Assembly (NCBI GenBank): GCA_017395505.1
Contig: JAFPUH010000001.1
Span: 4,044-68,043, forward strand
From: Kiritimatiellia bacterium
Lineage (GTDB): Bacteria; Verrucomicrobiota; Kiritimatiellia; RFP12; UBA1067
Length of the DNA: 64,000 nucleotides
Direction of reading: 5' to 3'
The notes beneath the pieces are model-generated. The model was not told the DNA's origin, made no database searches, and worked only from the letters and a program-made list of their open reading frames with translations. Below are positions 1 through 8,687 of this stretch, one piece after another; the first letter of the stretch is position 1, and the number at the start of each line of letters is the position of its first letter. The position numbers were made by a program, and so were the translations under genes.

Positions 1-1982
1 ACCGAGAGTCCGCCATGCAGGAACTGCACGCGCCTTCCGAATCTAGCCTCAAGAGCAGTCTTGAGAGCTGCGCCTACCTTCGCATACTGAGTGAAGACGA
101 GGGCGCTTTCGCCGGAGGCGAATATCGTCTCGACGAGCTCCGTCAGGCGGGCGAACTTTCCGCCTGACGTCCCGTCGCATATCAGCTTGAGGCGGGTGAT
201 GAGCGCGAACACGTCGCCCTGCTTCCTGTCGCTCGTCCTGAAGTCCGCAAGCGCAGTCTCGTATTCGGCGCGTTCCTTCGGCGCGAGTGCACAGTATTCG
301 CGGATCTCGCGCTTCGGGCCAAGCTCCTTCGCGACACCCTCGTCGCTCTTGAGGCGCCGTAGCACGAAAGGTTCGAGAGCGTGGCGCAGCTTTCTGGCGG
401 CGACGCCTGACGGCTCGTATGCGATGGGCTTGAGGAAGCGCTCGGCAAAACTCTTGCGGTCGCCGAGAAATCCGGGGTTTAGATATTCCTCGAGGCTCCA
501 GACGTCTGCGGCGGAGTTTTCGACTGGCGTGCCGGTGAGCGCGATGCGGCGCTTTACGCCAAGCGCCCTGACCGCGCGGGCCGACTGGGTGTCGGGGTTC
601 TTGATCGCCTGGGCTTCGTCCAGCACGAGCGCGCCCCACTCGACTTCGCAGATGTCGCGGTAGTCCTTTACAAGAAGCGAATAGCTCGTCACGACGACAT
701 CCGCTTCGTTTGCCGCACGTCGGAAGCTGATATCCTTGAGGCGACCATCGCCCTGATGGACGCGCACTTTGAGACTGGGCGCAAATCTCTTGAACTCGTG
801 CCGCCAGTTGGAGAGCAGCGTGAGGGGCGCGACGACGAGCGCGGGCTTGGCGGAATCTTTGTTCGCGAGAAGCCAACCTATCGTCTGGATGGTCTTGCCA
901 AGGCCCATGTCGTCGGCGAGCAGTGCGCCGAAACCGTTGTCGGTAAGAAACTTGAGCCACGCGACTCCGCGCCGCTGGTAGTCGCGCAATGTGCCGTTCA
1001 ATGCGGCGAGTTGCGGCGAGTCGGTTTCGAGAAGCGAATCATGTCCTGCGGCGCGAAGCTGGTTGATGAGGCCGCGAAGCCATCCATGGGAGGCGACGCT
1101 TTCCATCTCAAGGTGGCCGATGCGCCCGATGCCACTCGCGAAAGCTATCGCTTCGGCACGGGAGAGCGAGGCAAGGCCGCTTTTCTCAAGTGCGCGAAGG
1201 GCTTCCTTGAGAATGTTGCGGTCTACGTTAATCCAGCGGCCGCGAAAGAACACGAGCGTCGAGCCCTGGTCCAGCAGAAAGCGGATCTCCTCGGCGCAGA
1301 CCTCCTCTCCGGCTACATGTATTTTGAGCCGAGCCTTGACATCTGCAGACTGTTGCAAGTCGCCCTCTTCGATCTCTGCGGACGCAGTCACGGCGGCGGC
1401 GATATCCACGCCTGTAACAGAATAGCCAGCCTCGACAAGTTCGCGTGCGCCGCGCGTGACGAACGCCTCAGCATCGGCGTGGGAGAGGGCGGCGCGGAGT
1501 TCGCCGCCGTTCGACATAAGCCCGCGCAGGGCGCCGAACACATAAGTTGCCTGTCCAAGCGCCCGCAACGCCTTGCGGCCTTTTGGCGTAGCGCACGAGA
1601 CGAAGAAATTTTTCTCCGTCGGCTTGAAGTGGAAGGTGATGGATTTCCTGACAGCCGTGTCCTCCTCGCCGCCTCCATGCCATTCGGCGAGATCGCGAGC
1701 GAACTCCTCGCATTCGCCGTCGGCCCAGCGGACAAGTCCAGTCTCGCTGCGGAGCGCCATCATCCAGGCGTCGTGAAGTGTCTCGTGCTTCTGGTTCTCG
1801 GCGTCGCGCGAAAGGGGAGTCATAGCGGCGGACCTGACATACTCGTCTATCCATGGATTATCGTCCGCGCCGAACGCACGCCAGCGGGCGTACCAACCGT
1901 CGTCCTCCTTGACCAGGTCGGGATAGAAGCGGCCTTCTGCTACAAGTCTCAGCGCCTCGCTCTGCCGTGGCGTAAGCTTCAT
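1..1982 (-). CDS. SNF2/SWI2-family helicase (partial, runs off the left edge of the window)
   Basis: Not in the ORF track because it has no stop in the window. Manual minus-strand translation from ATG 1982 gives ...LNGTLRDYQRRGVAWLKFLTDNGFGALLADDMGLGKTIQT... (SNF2 motif I), VLDEAQAIKN (motif II) and ALTGTPVEN (motif III). Confidence 0.93.
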   Translation of the reverse strand, partial: MKLTPRQSEALRLVAEGRFYPDLVKEDDGWYARWRAFGADDNPWIDEYVRSAAMTPLSRDAENQKHETLHDAWMMALRSETGLVRWADGECEEFARDLAEWHGGGEEDTAVRKSITFHFKPTEKNFFVSCATPKGRKALRALGQATYVFGALRGLMSNGGELRAALSHADAEAFVTRGARELVEAGYSVTGVDIAAAVTASAEIEEGDLQQSADVKARLKIHVAGEEVCAEEIRFLLDQGSTLVFFRGRWINVDRNILKEALRALEKSGLASLSRAEAIAFASGIGRIGHLEMESVASHGWLRGLINQLRAAGHDSLLETDSPQLAALNGTLRDYQRRGVAWLKFLTDNGFGALLADDMGLGKTIQTIGWLLANKDSAKPALVVAPLTLLSNWRHEFKRFAPSLKVRVHQGDGRLKDISFRRAANEADVVVTSYSLLVKDYRDICEVEWGALVLDEAQAIKNPDTQSARAVRALGVKRRIALTGTPVENSAADVWSLEEYLNPGFLGDRKSFAERFLKPIAYEPSGVAARKLRHALEPFVLRRLKSDEGVAKELGPKREIREYCALAPKERAEYETALADFRTSDRKQGDVFALITRLKLICDGTSGGKFARLTELVETIFASGESALVFTQYAKVGAALKTALEARFGRRVQFLHGGLS

Positions 1983-1983
1983 T

Positions 1984-2919
1984 TCAGTTCGCCCACTCTG
2001 GCTTGGGTGTGGAGACGGTGATCTCTTCACCAGTCGTCGGGTGGCGGAACTTCGCGGAGAGCGCGTGCAGGCAGTGTCCCTTCATGCCCTCGATCGCGAA
2101 CGCGCCGTAAAGCCTGTCGTTCACTATGTGCATTCCCGCGAACGCGAGCTGCGCTCGTATCTGGTGAGTGACGCCGGTGAATATCGTAACCTCGAGCAGC
2201 GTTCGCTCCTCGTTCTCGACAATCATGTGCGCAATCGGCTTGAAGCGCGTCACGGCGTGAAGCCGCCTCAGCCTTTCTCGCTGCGCGTTCGTCAGCCTGT
2301 TGTGGTCCGCATCGATCATGCGGCAGAAGGGTAGGGTCGGGTCGTGGGCAAGGTCGCACTCGAGGGCGCCGCCCGCCGCAACAGAACCTTCGACAAGAGC
2401 GAGATACGTCTTTTCGACGGTCTGTTCGGAGAACTGCGCGCGCAGGTTCTCAAAAGCATCCGACGTGCGCGCCACCAGAACGAGACCCGACGTGTCGGCG
2501 TCGATTCTGTGCAGGGCGCCAGCCATTAGCGGCGCATCGCCCAGGGTCTGGCACTCTGGATGGCGCGCGACGACACCGTTCATCAGCGTCGAGAGCTCGC
2601 TGCGCGAAAGCGGCTGCACCGGCATTCCCGCCGGCTTGTCGAAGGCGAGAAGGGCGTCGTCCTCATAAACAGTTCGCGGGGAGATGTCGGCGTTGGGCTG
2701 CACCACGTTGTCCGCGGCTTCGGCCAGGGAGACAACCGACACCTCCTCTCCGCCTCGAAGCTTGAGTCCCTTCGGCGCGACCCTGCCGTTCACCAGCACG
2801 TCGCCAGCGAGTATCGCCTCGCGAACGAACGCGCGCGTCGAAGAGGGAAAGGCGTTAAGCAAAGCGGCGTCCAACCGGACGCCGCCATGCTCCACTACAA
2901 TCTGTGCGCCGCTTATCAT
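1984..2919 (-). CDS. RluA/RluD-family pseudouridine synthase with S4 domain
   Basis: RLDAAL S4-like start, DKPAGM, catalytic HRIDADTSG, TGVTHQIRAQL. Start placed at ATG 2919, overlapping the upstream stop (ATGA). Confidence 0.92.
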   Translation of the reverse strand: MISGAQIVVEHGGVRLDAALLNAFPSSTRAFVREAILAGDVLVNGRVAPKGLKLRGGEEVSVVSLAEAADNVVQPNADISPRTVYEDDALLAFDKPAGMPVQPLSRSELSTLMNGVVARHPECQTLGDAPLMAGALHRIDADTSGLVLVARTSDAFENLRAQFSEQTVEKTYLALVEGSVAAGGALECDLAHDPTLPFCRMIDADHNRLTNAQRERLRRLHAVTRFKPIAHMIVENEERTLLEVTIFTGVTHQIRAQLAFAGMHIVNDRLYGAFAIEGMKGHCLHALSAKFRHPTTGEEITVSTPKPEWAN

Positions 2920-3089
2920 TCGTAGCGATCCATCACAGACGGCGCTATCGGGGCCATACCCTCCCACGAGCGGTTCGAGGACCAGGGGAGGTTGCTGTCC
3001 TCCGCGGTGTCGGCTATGCAGCCCACAAGCACCGACAGCGCGAAGGCGGCCAGAAACGCCTTGGCGAATTTAGTCAGCGAAGACGACAT
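2916..3089 (-). CDS. small lipoprotein
   Basis: Signal peptide with lipobox LVG-C followed by a short PWxxxxxWEG-containing domain. Overlaps neighbours on both sides in an operon-like way. Confidence 0.65.
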   Translation of the reverse strand: MSSSLTKFAKAFLAAFALSVLVGCIADTAEDSNLPWSSNRSWEGMAPIAPSVMDRYE

Positions 3090-4221
3090 CGGTCTCTTCA
3101 ATCGTGGTGCCTTCCTGCTGCCATGCCTCGAGGATGTCGCAAGTCACGTAGTTCTTGCCGCGGACATGCTGCCTCAGGCGGATGCGACCGACGAACTCGC
3201 CGGCCTCGCCGTTGTAGCCGGGACGCCTGACCGCGAGCTCGATGATCGGAAGCGGACGGTCGAGGTTCTCGCCGAAGATCTCCTTCATGGCGTCGTCGTC
3301 GAACTTGACGATCGCGAACATGGCCTCGTTGTCTACACGGGAGATCCTGCCCTTGTCTCCGGCGCTGAGAGAGGTGACCGCGCCAGAAGAGGAGGCGGCG
3401 GACGACGAAGCGCCCCTGGACTGGATGGAATCCTTGAGCGCCTTGGTGAGACGCTCCTTCTCTTCGGTGAGCTTGGCGATCTCTTCCTTGGCGTCTTCGG
3501 TTTCTTCCTTCGCTGTGGCGACAGCGTCGTTGAGCGAGGTGATCTCCTGGTTCAGCTCGTCGATCTGACCCTTGATCTTGATGACCTGGTTCTCGAGGTC
3601 GGCCTTCTCGGTCTCTAGCTTGGAAATCTTCTCATCCTTCGCGACGAGCTGAATCTTGTCCTCGCGGGCCTCGGGCTTGATGCGGTTGACCTCGTTGACG
3701 ACAGAAGCGAGCTTCGTCCTAAGGCTCACGAGCTCGGCGCGGGTCGTATTGAGGCGCGACTGCTGCGCCTTGGCGCTTTCGAACAGCTTCTTGAGAAGCT
3801 CGTCGGCCGTGCCGGGGCCCGTCATCTGGGGCTGGCCGAGATCCATCACGGGGTTGCCCTCGGCATCCATCACATACACCTTGCGAAGCTGGCCGCGGTC
3901 GTTGGCGTTCTCCCAGTTGTATGTATCGAGATTGGCCGTTTCGAGATAGGCGTTGTAGCCGTCGAGCACGTTCTCCATATCAGGCGAATCGACGGGACGC
4001 GCCTCGACAGGCGAGACATCCATGTTGATCGGATCCGCCATCACGTTCTTGTCTGGCTCGACCTTCTCGATCGTTCGCGCGATGCTCACGAAGTAGTTCT
4101 CCTGCTGACGGTTGCGGTCAGTAAGGAGCGAACGCTTGGCGTTCAACTGCAGTTCAAACCAAAGCGCCGCGGCCGCGAGCGCCAAGAACACATAGACGAG
4201 AGCGTGCAATGCTTTATTCAT
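3070..4221 (-). CDS. membrane-anchored coiled-coil hypothetical protein
   Basis: N-terminal TM helix, long heptad-rich region, Ser/Ala linker and a C-terminal beta-rich domain. RBS-like AGGA upstream. Confidence 0.75.
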   Translation of the reverse strand: MNKALHALVYVFLALAAAALWFELQLNAKRSLLTDRNRQQENYFVSIARTIEKVEPDKNVMADPINMDVSPVEARPVDSPDMENVLDGYNAYLETANLDTYNWENANDRGQLRKVYVMDAEGNPVMDLGQPQMTGPGTADELLKKLFESAKAQQSRLNTTRAELVSLRTKLASVVNEVNRIKPEAREDKIQLVAKDEKISKLETEKADLENQVIKIKGQIDELNQEITSLNDAVATAKEETEDAKEEIAKLTEEKERLTKALKDSIQSRGASSSAASSSGAVTSLSAGDKGRISRVDNEAMFAIVKFDDDAMKEIFGENLDRPLPIIELAVRRPGYNGEAGEFVGRIRLRQHVRGKNYVTCDILEAWQQEGTTIEETDVVFAD

Positions 4222-4244
4222 GGTGTGGTTTTCCTAGTTGACGG

Positions 4245-4934
4245 TTATAATAATACTCTTTTTTTCCAAAAAGCGCAACCGTTAACTTTAAAGCGGTTCT
4301 TTCTGGCGGTCAGCCGCCCGAGACGCGTCAGCTTGCCGATTTCGGCCGAAAGCGCGCTGCGGTCGACGCAAAGGTAGTCAGCCAGACCCTGCCTGTCGAA
4401 GGGTATTTCGAACTCGTTGGAGCCGCATTTCTCGGCGACCGAGTTCAGGTAGGCCATGAGGCGCTCGGATATCGTGCGGTGGGAGAGCACGCCGATCTTC
4501 TCGTTCAGCGCAAGCGTCTTCTCGGCGAGAACCGCCGAGAGGTTGCCCAGCATCCGCAGATGCGCGGGGCATGCGGACCGGCAGGGCGAAAGGACGCGCC
4601 CCGACCTGAGTATCAGCACCTCGCTGTCGGTCTCCGCCTCGACCGACACATCGAACGTCTTGCGCGAAACGGCCTGTGCCGCGGCCGCGACGTCCATCGC
4701 GCCGACGCGCTTGATTATCGAGCGGCGCCCCTCCGCATCGTATGCCGACACGGCGAGCGAGCCCGACAGCACGACGGCGAAGCGGTCAGCCCGCTCGCCA
4801 GACATGAAGAGCGGTTCGCCTTTTCCGAGCGTAACGACGCACGCTCCGAGGCAGTCGAGCATGCGCTCGAGGTCTTGGGCGCGGATTCCGTCGAACAGGC
4901 GGCAAAGCACCGGCAGTGTGGAGATGTTTCGCAT
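4245..4934 (-). CDS. Crp/Fnr-family transcriptional regulator
   Basis: cNMP-binding-like N-terminus and HTH_Crp motif IPFDRQGLADYLCVDRSALS. Start at ATG 4934, 7 nt after a TATAAT. Confidence 0.92.
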   Translation of the reverse strand: MRNISTLPVLCRLFDGIRAQDLERMLDCLGACVVTLGKGEPLFMSGERADRFAVVLSGSLAVSAYDAEGRRSIIKRVGAMDVAAAAQAVSRKTFDVSVEAETDSEVLILRSGRVLSPCRSACPAHLRMLGNLSAVLAEKTLALNEKIGVLSHRTISERLMAYLNSVAEKCGSNEFEIPFDRQGLADYLCVDRSALSAEIGKLTRLGRLTARKNRFKVNGCAFWKKRVLL

Positions 4935-4988
4935 CGTCCATATTATATCAAAAGGACGGGGCTGGCGCGAAGCGGGTGGATATGTTAT

Positions 4989-5030
4989 AATACCCCCAAC
5001 GTCCATATAAATACCCCCAACGTCCATATA
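4989..5030 (+). repeat. perfect 21-bp tandem duplication AATACCCCCAACGTCCATATA
   Basis: Copies at 4989-5009 and 5010-5030, between the TGTTATAAT -10 and the AAGGAG RBS of fabD. Confidence 0.95.
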
Positions 5031-5050
5031 TATTAAGGAGTAAAGACAAC

Positions 5051-5974
5051 ATGTCAGACTGCTGCATCTTTGCGGGCCAGGGCGCCCAGACGCCCGGAAT
5101 GGGCAAGGACTTCGCCGAGGCGGATGCCGAAGCGATGGCCCTGTTCGACAAGGCGAACGCCGTTCTCGGGTTCGACCTGAAGAAGATCTGCTTTGAGGGT
5201 CCTGCGGAAGAGCTGACCAAATCGAACGTCTGCCAGCCGGCCATCTTCGTTACGAGCTATGCTGCGTATCTCGCGCTTCAGAAGGCGCGCAAGACCGATT
5301 TCGCCTGCGCGGCCGGCCTTTCGCTCGGCGAGTGGGGTGCGCTCTGCGTCGCGGGCGTTCTCGACTTCGATTCGACGCTCAAGGTTCTCGAGGCCCGCGG
5401 CCGCTTCATGCAGGAGGCTTGCGAGGCGACGCCCAGCGGAATGATCGCGATAGTCGGCGCCAGCGCCGAGCAGCTCTCCGCGCTCTGCGAGAAGACCGGC
5501 TGCACGGTGGCGAACATCAACTCCGCCGCCCAGCAGGTGCTCTCCGGCTCGAAGGACGCGATAGCCGCCGCCGCGACGGCCGCCAAGGAGCTCGGCATCA
5601 AGCGCGCGATCCCGCTTGCGACGGCTGGCGCATTCCATTCTCCCTTCATGGCGCCCGCGCGCGAGAAGCTCGCGCCCGTGCTCGATACGGTCACCTTCAG
5701 CGCGCCGAAGTTCCCCGTGCTCTCGAACGTCACCGGCAAGCCGCACTCGAACGATCCCGCAGTCATCAAGGCGACGATGCTCGAGCAGGTCACCGGCACG
5801 ACGAACTGGGCGGCGGATGTCGAGGCCGCCAAGGCGCTCGGCTGCACTCGCTTCGTCGAGTTCGGCCCCGGCAAGGTTCTCTCGGGTCTCGTCAAGAAGA
5901 TCGACGCCGCGCTCGCCACGTGCAACGTCGGCGATCTCGCGAGCCTCGGCGAGACGGTTGCCGCGCTCGGCTGA
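5051..5974 (+). CDS. fabD: malonyl-CoA:ACP transacylase
   Basis: FAGQGAQ, QPAI, GLSLGE, GAFHS and EFGPG motifs. First gene of fabD-fabG-acpP. Confidence 0.96.
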   Translation: MSDCCIFAGQGAQTPGMGKDFAEADAEAMALFDKANAVLGFDLKKICFEGPAEELTKSNVCQPAIFVTSYAAYLALQKARKTDFACAAGLSLGEWGALCVAGVLDFDSTLKVLEARGRFMQEACEATPSGMIAIVGASAEQLSALCEKTGCTVANINSAAQQVLSGSKDAIAAAATAAKELGIKRAIPLATAGAFHSPFMAPAREKLAPVLDTVTFSAPKFPVLSNVTGKPHSNDPAVIKATMLEQVTGTTNWAADVEAAKALGCTRFVEFGPGKVLSGLVKKIDAALATCNVGDLASLGETVAALG

Positions 5975-6019
5975 GCCGCGGCGCCAACATAACGGCTTAA
6001 GAACACGAAAGGAAATACA

Positions 6020-6772
6020 ATGGCAAATCTCAAAGGCAAAGTTGCTATCGTTACCGGCGCCGCGCGCGGAATCGGTGCGGAGATCGCTAAGAAGCTCGCG
6101 TCGTGCGGTGCGGATGTCGCAGTCTGCGACCTCAAGGCCGAGTGGTGCGAAGAGACGGTCAAGGCTATCGAGGGTCTTGGCGTCAGGGCTCTCGGAATCG
6201 GCGTCAACGTCGCTGTGACCGCCGAGGTCGACGCGTGCGTCAAGGAAGTCATCGAGAAGCTCGGCCGCGTGGACATCATGGTCAACAACGCCGGCATCAC
6301 GAAGGATGGCCTGCTCATGCGCATGAGCGACGAAGATTGGGATGCGGTGCTGAACGTCAACCTGAAGGGCACGTTCCTCTTCACGCGCGCGGTGGCGCGT
6401 CCGATGATGAAGAACAAGCCCGAGCCGGGAGGCGCGATAATCAACATCGCGAGCGTCGTCGGCATCATGGGCAACGCCGGCCAGGCCAACTACACGGCGT
6501 CGAAGGGCGGCGTCATCGCGCTCACCAAGACGACCGCGAAGGAGCTTGGTTCGCGCAACATCCGCTGCAACGCCGTCGCGCCCGGGTTCATCCAGTCGAA
6601 GATGACCGACGTGCTGCCCGAAGAGGTGAAGAAGAGCTACATGGATATGATTCCGCTGAAGCGCTTCGGCACCGCCGAGGATATCGCGAAGGCCGTCGCC
6701 TGGCTCGCCGGCGATGATGCGGCCTACGTGACAGGTCAGATAATTTCCGTGAACGGAGGCATGCTGGGCTAA
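6020..6772 (+). CDS. fabG: 3-oxoacyl-ACP reductase
   Basis: TGAARGIG, NNAGITKD, YTASK, NAVAPGFI. Confidence 0.96.
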   Translation: MANLKGKVAIVTGAARGIGAEIAKKLASCGADVAVCDLKAEWCEETVKAIEGLGVRALGIGVNVAVTAEVDACVKEVIEKLGRVDIMVNNAGITKDGLLMRMSDEDWDAVLNVNLKGTFLFTRAVARPMMKNKPEPGGAIINIASVVGIMGNAGQANYTASKGGVIALTKTTAKELGSRNIRCNAVAPGFIQSKMTDVLPEEVKKSYMDMIPLKRFGTAEDIAKAVAWLAGDDAAYVTGQIISVNGGMLG

Positions 6773-6778
6773 CCCCCC

Positions 6779-6808
6779 TTGCAAACCAATCACAAAATAG
6801 TGTATAAT
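6779..6808 (+). promoter_or_regulatory. sigma70-like promoter for acpP
   Basis: TTGCAA (6779-6784), 18-bp spacer, TATAAT (6803-6808). Confidence 0.6.
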
Positions 6809-6840
6809 ACAAACATCCAAACCACAAGGAGCAAAACATC

Positions 6841-7089
6841 ATGGCAGGTAAGCTTGAAGATCGCGTAAAAGATATCATCGTTGAGCAGCTCGGCGTTAAC
6901 GGCGAGCAGGTCACGGCTGAGGCGTCGTTCATCGACGATCTCGGTGCTGATTCGCTCGACCAGGTCGAACTCATCATGGCGTTCGAGGAAGAGTTCGGCG
7001 CCGCGATTCCTGAAGAGGACGCCGAGAAGCTCACGACCGTCGGTAAGGTCGTCGAGTACCTCAAGTCCAAGGGCTATGGCGAAGAGTAA
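6841..7089 (+). CDS. acpP: acyl carrier protein
   Basis: DLGADSLD phosphopantetheine site; acidic 82-aa protein. Confidence 0.97.
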   Translation: MAGKLEDRVKDIIVEQLGVNGEQVTAEASFIDDLGADSLDQVELIMAFEEEFGAAIPEEDAEKLTTVGKVVEYLKSKGYGEE

Positions 7090-7117
7090 TATCCTCGCTC
7101 GAGTCTAAATTCATCTG

Positions 7118-7149
7118 GGCGCGGGTCATCCCGCGCCTGGTGTTTTTTT
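7118..7149 (+). terminator. rho-independent terminator after acpP
   Basis: GGCGCGGG-TCAT-CCCGCGCC stem followed by a T7 tract. Confidence 0.85.
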
Positions 7150-7163
7150 GGTATAATACTCGC

Positions 7164-8039
7164 ATGGACGGATTGTTCAGATTTAGTGTCGCGGGCGCGG
7201 TTGTTATTTACGCCGGCCTTGTGATGTCCGCCGAGAGGCAGCCCTACGAGCGCTACCAGTCGATTGTCGACAGGCAGATGTTCGGTGCGCCGCCGCCCGG
7301 CTTCGATCCGACCAAGCCGCCGAGCGAGGTTTCGAAGGCCGACGCGCGCGAGGCCGAGGCGCAGCTCACGAAAGAGCAGGAGCAGATAAGAAGCGCGATA
7401 CACTTTTCGGTGATAAACGTGACCCCGAGCGGCGAGACGGCCGTCGGCTTCACCGACAACGGCGACTCTAAGAATCCCGTCCACTACTACCTTAAGGTCG
7501 GCGAGCAGCGCAACGGCTGGCTCGTAAAGGAGGCCGACCCCGTCAAGGCAACGATGACCATAGCGAAGGGCGAGGTCGAGGTTTCTCTTTCGATCGGCGG
7601 CAACTCGGCGAAGGGCGGGGCCGTCGCAAAGTCTGCGGCGGCCGGCACGGCGACGGCGACTGCGTCGATACTGCCTGCGCTGGCGAATGACGGCACGAAG
7701 CCCGGCGTGCTGGTTAACAGGCTCCAGTCTGGCGGCGGCACCCAGCTCAACTCCCTGAGGAGCAGGCGGCTTCTCCGCGAGCAGCAGCGCCAGCAGGAGG
7801 CCGCGGAGCGCGAGGCCGAGCAGGTGGCGGCAGAGGAGCGCCGCCGCGAAGACGAGGCCCGCCGCGAAGAGGAGAGGCTTCAGCGCGAGGCCGAACGTGA
7901 AGAGCAGAGGGTTCAGCTGCAGCAGATCAAGGAGGAGCTCAGGAAGGCGAGGGAGGAGCGCGAAGCGACCCAGCAGCAGGAGCAGACCCCACCTCCTCCA
8001 GATTTCGAGGAGGGCCCGCCACCTCCGGACTTCGAGTGA
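7164..8039 (+). CDS. exported hypothetical protein with charged coiled-coil and C-terminal polyproline repeats
   Basis: N-terminal hydrophobic helix, E/R/Q-rich helix, ends PPPPDFEEGPPPPDFE. ATG 6 nt after TGGTATAAT. Confidence 0.7.
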   Translation: MDGLFRFSVAGAVVIYAGLVMSAERQPYERYQSIVDRQMFGAPPPGFDPTKPPSEVSKADAREAEAQLTKEQEQIRSAIHFSVINVTPSGETAVGFTDNGDSKNPVHYYLKVGEQRNGWLVKEADPVKATMTIAKGEVEVSLSIGGNSAKGGAVAKSAAAGTATATASILPALANDGTKPGVLVNRLQSGGGTQLNSLRSRRLLREQQRQQEAAEREAEQVAAEERRREDEARREEERLQREAEREEQRVQLQQIKEELRKAREEREATQQQEQTPPPPDFEEGPPPPDFE

Positions 8040-8111
8040 TTGCGGACGGAAAATTTTGGTATAATACAACAACAAACTTCAGACAGAAACAACAACATAC
8101 AGGAGAACACA

Positions 8112-8687
8112 ATGGGCGAGGTTATTGGAGCTGGTGAACTGCACAAGGGCGTCAAGCTGTTGATTGACGGCGAACCCTGGGAAATCACCGAGTTCGACTT
8201 CTCGAAACCTGGCAAGGGTCAGGCCATCTACAACTGCAAGCTCCGCAACATGATGACCGGCGGCGGAATGTCGAAGAGCTACCGCTCGGGCGACAAGTTC
8301 GAGAAGCCCGATCTTACGCAGCAGGACGTCACCTACTCGTACGACGACGGCACGGCGTTCGTCTTCACCGACGACAACTTCGAGGAGATCCGCGTCAGCT
8401 ACGACGTCATGGGCGACAAGAAGTACTTCCTGATGGACGAGATGCAGGTCAAGGCGCTCTTCTTCAACGAGAAGGTGATCGGCGTTCAGCTGCCTCAGCT
8501 CGTCGAGCGCAAGGTGACGAAGGTCGAGCCCGGCGTCAAGGGCAACACCGCCTCGGGCAAGGTCACGAAGCCCGCGACGGTCGAGGGCGGCTACACGCTG
8601 GCCGTTCCGCTCTTCATCAACGAAGGCGACGTCATCCGCATCAACACCGAAAGCGGCGAGTACAACGACCGCGTTTCGACGAAGTGA
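8112..8687 (+). CDS. efp: elongation factor P
   Basis: KPGKGQA loop, PGVKGNT, KPAT..G, VPLFINEGD. AGGAG RBS and TGGTATAAT at 8057-8065. Confidence 0.96.
   Translation: MGEVIGAGELHKGVKLLIDGEPWEITEFDFSKPGKGQAIYNCKLRNMMTGGGMSKSYRSGDKFEKPDLTQQDVTYSYDDGTAFVFTDDNFEEIRVSYDVMGDKKYFLMDEMQVKALFFNEKVIGVQLPQLVERKVTKVEPGVKGNTASGKVTKPATVEGGYTLAVPLFINEGDVIRINTESGEYNDRVSTK

Noticed and set aside
49-2021. ORFs 49..960(-), 91..663(+) and 756..2021(+)
   Set aside because: Alternate-frame or antisense shadows of the SNF2 gene, which lies in a different minus-strand frame.
5054-6820. 588-aa minus-strand ORF (and similar ones opposite the polyamine genes)
   Set aside because: Antisense shadows of well-supported genes, expected with high GC3; no motifs.
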